This document shows, in pieces, positions 49,262-56,709 of a DNA stretch of 56,709 bases (positions are counted from its first letter, which is position 1; the number at the start of each line of letters is the position of its first letter). The position numbers were made by a program, and so were the translations under genes. The notes under the pieces were generated by a model, which was not told where the DNA came from, ran no database searches, and was given only the letters and a program-made list of their open reading frames with translations. Source of the DNA: Ignavibacteriaceae bacterium (GTDB lineage: Bacteria; Bacteroidota; Ignavibacteria; Ignavibacteriales; Ignavibacteriaceae); contig JBJKRP010000148.1 of the NCBI GenBank assembly GCA_046704565.1, positions 1 to 56,709 on the forward strand, written 5' to 3'.

Positions 49262-49965
49262 AGATTTTCCCTCCAGTCTTTTGAATAATCTCTTTCGCCG
49301 AAAACTGCCGAGCCTATCCTCAACATTGTAGCACCTTCTTCAATTGCAATTTCAAAGTCCGACGTCATCCCCATCGAAAGCTCTTTTACATTTGGAAGCC
49401 CGTCGCTGTTCAACCTGTTCTTCAACTTCCTAAGCCGGCTAAAGCTTTTTCTTATCAGACTGGTATCGTCAGTCAGCGGACCGATCGTCATTAACCCGAC
49501 CAAATCGAGGCTGGGAAAATTGCTGCAATATCCCGCCAGGTCCTTAATCTCGCTATAGTCCGTTAAACCGGACTTGGTTTCTTCTTCCGACGTATTTATC
49601 TGTAAAAGAATCTTCTGCATCTTGTTGACTGCCGCTGCGCGTTTATTTATTTCGGTTGCAAGCATTAGCGAATCTACCGAATGAATATAATCTGCGCAGT
49701 TAACGGCAAACCGGACTTTGTTCCTTTGAAGACTTCCGATGAAATGCCAGGAAATTTTATTGCCTAAACGGGAAAATTTTATGTCAAGCTCCTGTGCTCT
49801 GTTTTCACCAAAGTCCCGCAGCCCTAAATTGTAAGCCTCATTTATCTCATCGGTGCCGAAATTCTTCGAAACAGCGATCAGCTTAATCCCGGCAGAATCG
49901 CGCCGGCTTTCATTACATTTCTTATTGATCCGCTCTTTAACTTTACGGATATTTTCAGCTATCAT
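49258..49965 (-). CDS. yggS: YggS-family pyridoxal-phosphate homeostasis protein
   Basis: LIAVSKNF (PLP Lys), HFIGSLQRNK, and MGMTSDF. An ATGA overlap links it to the downstream DivIVA gene. Confidence 0.9.
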   Translation of the reverse strand: MIAENIRKVKERINKKCNESRRDSAGIKLIAVSKNFGTDEINEAYNLGLRDFGENRAQELDIKFSRLGNKISWHFIGSLQRNKVRFAVNCADYIHSVDSLMLATEINKRAAAVNKMQKILLQINTSEEETKSGLTDYSEIKDLAGYCSNFPSLDLVGLMTIGPLTDDTSLIRKSFSRLRKLKNRLNSDGLPNVKELSMGMTSDFEIAIEEGATMLRIGSAVFGERDYSKDWRENL

Positions 49966-50133
49966 ATCAAAATTAAGATTGTGAATTTATAGGTTTTAAA
50001 ATCAATAATCAACGAGATTTAACTAATATCTTTACTACTTTTTTTACACTTGACCTTTAATTATAAACATTTTGTTTGTAAAATTCACTAATTTTGAGGT
50101 GTTAATTATTTATTCATTAACCGGGGTTAATTT

Positions 50134-51111
50134 ATGGAAAACCAATTACTAAAAAATATAAAAGAAAAGGCTTCAAAATCCAGGAAAACGATTGTGCTTC
50201 CGGAATCTCATGACGAAAGAGTTCTGCAAGCCGCCGAAATTCTTACAAAAAATAAGATAGTTTCAGTCATCACTTTGGGTGATGAAAATAAAATTTCTTC
50301 GGATGCTTCCAGGCTGGGAGTAGATTTATCCGGTGTTAGAATTATCAATCCGGCTAAATCGGAAAAGCTGTCCGATTTTACAAATATCTTTTTCAATTTA
50401 AGAAAGAAAAAAGGAATCTCTATAGACGAAGCAAGAGAGACCGTTTCGAAGGATTTATTTTTCGGCGATATGATGGTCAGAGAAGGAATGGCAGACGGAA
50501 GCGTAGCAGGCTCAACTGCATCTACAGCAGATGTTCTTCGCGCGGGCATTCAATGCGTCGGCATGCCGGAAGGAATTTCAACTGTTTCAAGCTTCTTCCT
50601 TATGGTATTTCCCGACAAAGCTTATACTTTCTCGGACTGCGGTGTTGTTCCTAATCCCAATGCCGGGCAGCTTGCAGACATAGCAATATCCGCCGCTGAA
50701 AACCATTCAAAGCTTACAGGCGAGAAGGCATATATTGCAATGCTTTCTTTTTCTACTAAAGGAAGCGCGGAACATGAAATGGTGGATAAGGTATTAGAGG
50801 CTCTGAAGATTGCAAAATCAAAGAGACCAGACCTTACTATCGACGGCGAGCTTCAGTTCGATGCCGCTATCGTTGATTCAGTCGGGAAAAGAAAGGCGCC
50901 CGGCAGCGAAGTAGCCGGCAGAGCCAACGTACTTGTCTTCCCGGACCTGAATGCCGGAAACATCGGTTACAAGATTGCACAGCGCCTTGGCAAATGCGAA
51001 GCGATCGGTCCTTTAGTGCAGGGATTAAAGAAGCCTTGCTTCGATTTAAGCCGCGGATGCAACGCTGATGATATTGTCAACGCCGCTGCAATAGCCGCTC
51101 TTATGAGCTAA
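50134..51111 (+). CDS. pta: Phosphate acetyltransferase (short PTA_PTB form)
   Basis: 325 aa with VLPESHDERVL, SFSTKGSA, and FPDLNAGNIGYKIAQR. Confidence 0.9.
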   Translation: MENQLLKNIKEKASKSRKTIVLPESHDERVLQAAEILTKNKIVSVITLGDENKISSDASRLGVDLSGVRIINPAKSEKLSDFTNIFFNLRKKKGISIDEARETVSKDLFFGDMMVREGMADGSVAGSTASTADVLRAGIQCVGMPEGISTVSSFFLMVFPDKAYTFSDCGVVPNPNAGQLADIAISAAENHSKLTGEKAYIAMLSFSTKGSAEHEMVDKVLEALKIAKSKRPDLTIDGELQFDAAIVDSVGKRKAPGSEVAGRANVLVFPDLNAGNIGYKIAQRLGKCEAIGPLVQGLKKPCFDLSRGCNADDIVNAAAIAALMS

Positions 51112-51136
51112 GTAAATTATTGTTCATTTCAAAAAA

Positions 51137-51209
51137 TATTCTGAATTCAATATGGATTTGTTCTGCATTCAGTTCCAATAATAGAATGCAGAACAAATGA
51201 ATTCAGAAT
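51137..51209. repeat. Long interrupted inverted repeat downstream of pta
   Basis: ATTCTGAATTCA-(ATATGG)-ATTTGTTCTGCATTC, a 13-nt loop, then GAATGCAGAACAAAT-GAATTCAGAAT. Pairing is about 26 bp with one bulge, and no trailing T-tract follows. Confidence 0.6.
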
Positions 51210-51495
51210 GCATATAACTCCACGTCCAAGTTGTCCGAAAATACCTTTATTTGATATTGAGTTAAGTCTTGTCTGCCGTCACCAATAAAGCTACAGATTT
51301 TTAGTAAAATTTTTTATAATTAACGTAGGTTGATTTTACATCATTGCGGATATTCTAAAATAACTAAGCTTTCTCTTTTTTTAGAGAGATATAATGTGCT
51401 TTTGCTTAAATATATTTTTTACTTAACAAGCTTTAAACTCAGCATAATAAAAGTAAAAAAAATTTTCTTTGTGAAGCTCTAATACTTTTACAGAA

Positions 51496-53811
51496 ATGTT
51501 TATCGAAAATACTTCTCCATCACGAAACGACGAACAGTATAAAATACTATTCGAATCGAACCCGTTCCCGATGTGGATATATGAGATGGATACGTTAAAA
51601 TTTTTAGAAGTCAATGATGCAGCAATTAAAACATACGGCTACACCAAAGAAGAATATCTAGACCTGACTCTAAAGGATATTAGACCGGAAGAAGAAGTAA
51701 AGCTTCTTCTTGATAATGTAAAAAGGGAAAAGTCTTCATACCAATGGTCGGAAGGATGGCGCCATAAAAAGAAAGACGGGAGTATTATAGAGGTTGAAAT
51801 TATTTCACACGAAATATTGTACAACGGCGTTAATGCAAGATTTGTTATTGCAATAGACGTAACGGAAAAGAAGAGGGCTCATGAGAACTTCAGGCTTGTT
51901 ATTGAAGCTTCGCCTAATGCAATGGTTTTGACTAACAAAAGAGGAATTATAACTCTTATAAATAAACAAACAGAAATATTATTTGGATACATTAGAGATG
52001 AACTTATCGGCAAGCCGCTTGATCTTCTAATTCCTCCCAGGTTTAAAAATACTCATAGAAAGGATGAGCTAAATTATTTTAAGAACCCGGGTCCAAGAGA
52101 AATAACTCACAGGAAAGAATTATACGGTCTGCATAAAAGCGGGAAAGAAATCCCACTTGAGATCGGTCTTAGCCCGCTGGTACTGGATGATGGTCTGTCG
52201 GTTATAGCCAGTGTAATCGACATAACGGAAAGAAAACAAACACAGGAAAAATTAATTCAAGCCGAAAACCGCTACCGCTCTACATTAGAACACATGGCGG
52301 AAGGATTCCAGATTATCGGGAACGACTTCAAGTATCTTTACATAAACAAGGCTGCGGCTGAACATGGAAGGAAAGCTAAAGTAGAATTACTTGGCAATAC
52401 CATGAGCGAAGTTTATCCGGGAATTGAAAACACTGAAATGTTTTCGAAGCTTACCGAATGTTTGAAGAAAAAAATCCAAATAACTATGGAGAACGAATTT
52501 ACGTATCCGGATGGAGGAAAAAGCTGGTTCATTCTGAATATGGAACCGGTGCCTGAAGGCGTTCTAATTTTATCCAGAGACATTACTCATGAAAAAGAAT
52601 CCGACGAAGAGCTGAGCCTTTACCGGAATAATCTTGAAAAGCTGGTGGTAGAACGTACTCTTCAGCTTGAAATGAAAACTGACGAGCTTAATACCTCACT
52701 GGAACAGCAGCTAAAAGGCGAAGAGAACCTCAGGCTGATATTCGAATGTATAAATGACTATGGGATTATCCCTATGGATATAAACGGCTTTATAAAGGAC
52801 TGGAACACAGGCTCCGAGAAGCTTACGGGATTTAAACAGGATGAAGTAGTGGGAAAGCATTTCTCAATATTGTTTCCTTCTGAGGACCAGCTAAAGCTGC
52901 TGCCAAAGAAAGAATTGGACGTAGCTCTAAACCAGGGGAAAGTTGAAGCAGAGGGATGGAGGGTAAAGAAAGATGGGACCCGTTTCTGGACACTTAGTAC
53001 GATTAATGTCTTAAAGGATAAGAACGGCAGTATAACCGGCTTTATTAAGATAATAAAAGATACGACCGAAAAAATGAAAGCCTCGGAAGAATTGAGAGAG
53101 CATTCTCTCAAGCTTGAAGAGCTGAACAAAGAGCTTGAATCATTCAGCTACAGCGTCTCTCATGACCTCCGGGCTCCTTTAAGACATATAGCCGGTTTTA
53201 TCCAATTGCTGGAGAAAAACATCGGCTCAAGCCTGGAAACAAAGGATAAAAAGTATTTCAACTATATAACCGGCTCGGTTAAGAGGATGGGAATGTTGAT
53301 AGATGATCTGCTTTCATTCTCAAGAATGAGCCGTACTGAGCTCATAAGGTCTAATGTCAATCTTAATCAATTAGTCAAAGAATGCATTGATGATTTATCA
53401 GATGATTTAAAAGAAAGGAATGTGAAATGGAATCTGGAAAGCCTTCCGGTGGTATGTGGCGACAAAGCCTTGCTTAAGCAGGTATTATTGAATCTGATCT
53501 CCAATGCAGTAAAATATACAAGCAAAAAGGAAGAAGCGATAATTGAGATCGGAGCCATATCAAAGGCTCGCGAGTATGAGTTTTACGTAAAGGATAACGG
53601 AGCAGGTTTCGAGATGAAATATGTCGATAAGCTTTTCGGCGTCTTTCAGCGGCTTCACAGCGACAGCCAGTTTGAAGGCACCGGCATAGGGCTGGCAATA
53701 GTGAAAAAAATTATCAGCCGCCACGGGGGCAAGGTGTGGGCTGAAGGAGAAGTAGACAGCGGTGCTGCATTTTACTTTACACTGAATAGAATTGAGGAAA
53801 ATTATGAATGA
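51496..53811 (+). CDS. Multi-PAS sensor histidine kinase
   Basis: Four PAS-like repeats, each ending in DITE(K/R)K. Kinase motifs are H-box SHDLRAPLRHI, N-box LISNAVKYT, DNGAGF and GTGIGLA. Confidence 0.85.
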   Translation: MFIENTSPSRNDEQYKILFESNPFPMWIYEMDTLKFLEVNDAAIKTYGYTKEEYLDLTLKDIRPEEEVKLLLDNVKREKSSYQWSEGWRHKKKDGSIIEVEIISHEILYNGVNARFVIAIDVTEKKRAHENFRLVIEASPNAMVLTNKRGIITLINKQTEILFGYIRDELIGKPLDLLIPPRFKNTHRKDELNYFKNPGPREITHRKELYGLHKSGKEIPLEIGLSPLVLDDGLSVIASVIDITERKQTQEKLIQAENRYRSTLEHMAEGFQIIGNDFKYLYINKAAAEHGRKAKVELLGNTMSEVYPGIENTEMFSKLTECLKKKIQITMENEFTYPDGGKSWFILNMEPVPEGVLILSRDITHEKESDEELSLYRNNLEKLVVERTLQLEMKTDELNTSLEQQLKGEENLRLIFECINDYGIIPMDINGFIKDWNTGSEKLTGFKQDEVVGKHFSILFPSEDQLKLLPKKELDVALNQGKVEAEGWRVKKDGTRFWTLSTINVLKDKNGSITGFIKIIKDTTEKMKASEELREHSLKLEELNKELESFSYSVSHDLRAPLRHIAGFIQLLEKNIGSSLETKDKKYFNYITGSVKRMGMLIDDLLSFSRMSRTELIRSNVNLNQLVKECIDDLSDDLKERNVKWNLESLPVVCGDKALLKQVLLNLISNAVKYTSKKEEAIIEIGAISKAREYEFYVKDNGAGFEMKYVDKLFGVFQRLHSDSQFEGTGIGLAIVKKIISRHGGKVWAEGEVDSGAAFYFTLNRIEENYE

Positions 53812-54256
53812 GTTGAAGCGTATACTTTATGCCGAAGATGACGAAAGGGATATAGAGTTAACTCTTTCGGCATTGAATGAGTTTAATCTTGCTAACGAGG
53901 TTGTTGTTGCCAACGACGGAGAAGAAGCTCTTGATTATTTGTTCTACCGCGGAAAGTTTGCAGAAAGAACAAACGGTTACCCGGCTTTGATATTGCTTGA
54001 CATTAAGATGCCGAAAGTAACCGGTTTGGAAGTATTAAAACAAATTAAGACCGACGACAAACTTAAAACAATACCAACGGTAATCCTGACTTCTTCCCGT
54101 GAAGAAAAAGACCTGGTGGAAAGCTACAAGCTTGGAGTTAATGCGTACGTTGTAAAACCGGTAGACTTTGAAGAGTTCCTGCGTGCCGTTAAGGAACTTG
54201 GACTATTCTGGGCGGTAATAAACGAGCCGCCGCCCGTTAGCATTAATAAAAAATAA
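53804..54256 (+). CDS. Single-domain response regulator (CheY/Rcp1-like)
   Basis: AEDDERD, LLDIKMPKVTG, LTSS, and VKP. The ATG at 53804 overlaps the kinase stop in ATGAATGA. The ORF track starts at the TTG at 53792. Confidence 0.85.
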   Translation: MNELKRILYAEDDERDIELTLSALNEFNLANEVVVANDGEEALDYLFYRGKFAERTNGYPALILLDIKMPKVTGLEVLKQIKTDDKLKTIPTVILTSSREEKDLVESYKLGVNAYVVKPVDFEEFLRAVKELGLFWAVINEPPPVSINKK

Positions 54257-54315
54257 AAACAATTACAGAGTATTATTATTTAGATAGATTTTTTACTGAT
54301 TGACCCGGGGGTTAA

Positions 54316-56709
54316 ATGAACAAAATCATAAATATTCTTCATCTTGAAGATGATGAAGAGGATGCAATATTAATTCATGAAACAATTAATACTGAACTAA
54401 CATTCTGCAAGATCAAAAGGGTGGAAAATAAATCCGACTTTACGCAATCGCTAAAGGACGAAACCTTCGATTTAATTATTTCGGATTTTGCGCTCCCTTC
54501 GTTCAACGGTCTGGAAGCATTGAAGCTTGCAAAGGATTTGGCTCCGGATGTCCCTTACATTTACGTCTCCGGTCATATAGGTGAAGAGCGTGCAATAGAA
54601 GCATTGAAAATGGGAGCCACTGATTATGTTCTAAAGGACAAGCCTGCCAAACTCGTCCCCGCAATAAATAGAGCCTTACGTGAAATTGAAGAAATAGAAA
54701 AACGGCGTCAGGCTGAATCGGCACTTCATGAGTCTCTAAGGTTTTCCAAATCAACTCTGAATTCAATAAGGACTCATCTTGCAGTTATGGAAGAAAACGG
54801 CGAAGTAATTTTCATCAATAAGACGTGGAAAGAAAAAGCTGTAAAGAACTCACCTGTTCCTCAAGGGGTTATAGAAGGTGAGAACTATCTTGCAAGATGC
54901 AGCGAAACTCCCGAAGGCAGAAAGTTTGCAGCAGGTATTCTATCCGTTATAAAGGGAAATGAAAAAGTATATCTTCAAGAATATTCATGTACCTCAGGTA
55001 AAGGACTGCAATGGTTTCTGAGCACGATAAATAAGTTTGGAGATGAAGGTCCGGTTAGACTCGTTATTAATCATGAGGATATCACCGGACGTAAAGATGT
55101 GGAAGAAAGAATAAGGAAAAACAACTTACAGCTCGAAACGGTTATTTCGGTTGAGCAAAATATTCTTTCTTCAAACTTCGATATTGAGAATATAATGGAA
55201 ATTATATTAAAGAATGCTCAAAATATAACTCAAGCAGACGGCGCAACTATCGGTACGATAGAAGGCGAAAACATAAACTTTAAGGTATCATCAGGTATTT
55301 ATAAAGATTTCAATAATCTTAGTCTTAACATCAACAGCAGCCTTTCTGGTCAATGTTACAAAACCGGTAAGTTTATTATTTGCCAGAACACGGATAAAGA
55401 AGGGCAGGTAGACCATACAGTTGCCGGAATGATGAATATCCGTTCTTTACTGATATTTCCTTTATACTATAACAATAAAATTACCAACATTATAAATATT
55501 TGTTATAGGCGTCCCGGCTCAATTAAGGAAGAATATGTGAGCTTAATGAAGCTGCTCTTAGTCTTCCTGGCTTCGGTGATGAGTCTTGCCGAAAAGTTCG
55601 AGACAAACAAAAAGCTTACAGAAGAAAAGACAAAGGCACTTGAACAGCTAAAGGAAAGCGAAGCTTTGTATAGGAACTTATTTGAATCGGCTCCAATCGG
55701 AATTGCAAGAGTTTCTCCGGACGGAATGTATTTAGAGACAAATTCGGCGCTGGAGAGATTAATCGGCTATTCGGAAAAAGAGCTGGTAAATATGAGCATT
55801 TATGATATTACCCCGGAAGAAGATAAAGAATTTACAAGACAGAAATTCCAGCAGACAAAATCTCCGAACAGTCAAATAATAAATTTCGAAAAAAAATATA
55901 TTACCAAATCAGGCGGAAAAATCTGGATTAATTTGACGGCTACAACAGTCAAAAACGTGCAAGGCGAAATTCTTTATCACCTAACCCTAATCGAAAACAT
56001 AAGCGACAAAAAAGCTGCAGAGCTTGCACTAAAAGAAAGCGAAGAGAAATACAGGATGCTCTTTGAGAAAAATTTAGCGGGCGTTTACCTTTCCACCATA
56101 GAAGGAAAAATAATTTCCTGCAATCAATCATTTGCAAATATTTTCGGGTATGAAACACCTGAAGAAATTCTCAGCGTTGACGCTAAAAATCTTTATACCC
56201 AAAATTCCGAAAGGGACCAGTATGTTGAAATTTTAGTTAAGGATAAAGCTTTAAGAAATTTCGAATTCATAGGAAAGAAAAAGAACGGTGATACCTTGTG
56301 GCTGCTTGAAAATGTCGACCTGGAGAATGATTTTAACGGAAATCCCGCTTTTATATTCGGGACATTGCTGGATATTACAGAAAGGAAAAAAGCCGAACAG
56401 GAAATACTGCTGGCAAAAGAAAGAGCCGAAGAGATGAGCAGGCTGAAGACGAGCTTTCTTGCAAACATGAGTCATGAACTCCGCACTCCGCTGATCGGCA
56501 TCCTCGGCTTTTCACAAATATTAAACGACGAACTGAAAAATAAAGAACAAAAGGAAATGACCGAGACAATTCTTGTAAGCGGCAACAGGCTCCTCGAAAC
56601 CTTCAACCTCATCCTCGATCTATCCAGAATTGAAGCGGATAAGCTGGAGCTTGTAGCCGAGCAGTTCGACGCCATCGGGTGCGTGCGAGATATCCTTAGA
56701 CTAATGAAG
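54316..56709 (+). CDS. Hybrid REC-PAS-GAF-PAS-PAS histidine kinase, 3' end beyond window
   Basis: I read this frame codon by codon from the ATG at 54316 to the window end (798 codons) and found no stop; it is absent from the ORF track for that reason. It has a REC domain (LEDDEED, ISDFALPSFNG), a GAF-like segment, PAS repeats, and the H-box MSHELRTPL near 56470. Confidence 0.8.
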   Translation, partial: MNKIINILHLEDDEEDAILIHETINTELTFCKIKRVENKSDFTQSLKDETFDLIISDFALPSFNGLEALKLAKDLAPDVPYIYVSGHIGEERAIEALKMGATDYVLKDKPAKLVPAINRALREIEEIEKRRQAESALHESLRFSKSTLNSIRTHLAVMEENGEVIFINKTWKEKAVKNSPVPQGVIEGENYLARCSETPEGRKFAAGILSVIKGNEKVYLQEYSCTSGKGLQWFLSTINKFGDEGPVRLVINHEDITGRKDVEERIRKNNLQLETVISVEQNILSSNFDIENIMEIILKNAQNITQADGATIGTIEGENINFKVSSGIYKDFNNLSLNINSSLSGQCYKTGKFIICQNTDKEGQVDHTVAGMMNIRSLLIFPLYYNNKITNIINICYRRPGSIKEEYVSLMKLLLVFLASVMSLAEKFETNKKLTEEKTKALEQLKESEALYRNLFESAPIGIARVSPDGMYLETNSALERLIGYSEKELVNMSIYDITPEEDKEFTRQKFQQTKSPNSQIINFEKKYITKSGGKIWINLTATTVKNVQGEILYHLTLIENISDKKAAELALKESEEKYRMLFEKNLAGVYLSTIEGKIISCNQSFANIFGYETPEEILSVDAKNLYTQNSERDQYVEILVKDKALRNFEFIGKKKNGDTLWLLENVDLENDFNGNPAFIFGTLLDITERKKAEQEILLAKERAEEMSRLKTSFLANMSHELRTPLIGILGFSQILNDELKNKEQKEMTETILVSGNRLLETFNLILDLSRIEADKLELVAEQFDAIGCVRDILRLMK

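Overview
This 56.7 kb window looks like bacterial chromosome at roughly 40% GC by eye. My impression is an FCB-group, Ignavibacteria/Bacteroidota-like organism, based on the ileS / DksA-TraR-like / lspA gene order; I cannot verify that without a search. Coding density is high and most of the window is housekeeping: glnK-amtB, CIRCE-controlled groES-groEL, a GH13 pullulanase, fumC, tdh-kbl, ileS, lspA, rluD, a purine nucleoside phosphorylase, DivIVA, yggS and pta. I found no tRNA or rRNA genes, no CRISPR array and no mobile element.

The window is unusually rich in signal transduction, with 5 histidine kinases and 7 receiver-domain proteins. The most interesting region is a divergent locus at about 25.7-38.4 kb. 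It contains two paralogous sensor kinases with periplasmic c-type heme motifs, and one of them carries a Cys-rich insertion of about 130 aa inside its ATPase domain. It also contains two paralogous NtrC-family regulators, one lacking the GAFTGA sigma-54 contact loop, and an archaemetzincin-type protease translationally coupled to the other regulator. Three proteins carry non-lipoylatable GcvH-like domains, and two of these are fused to receiver domains. All of this surrounds a Tat-FeS / NrfD-like / 13-heme cytochrome c module. I do not know a described system with this architecture.

A second notable gene encodes a 1293-aa TPR protein with three tandem CbbX/SpoVK-type AAA+ modules. All functional calls come from reading the translated ORFs for motifs, and none has been checked against a database.
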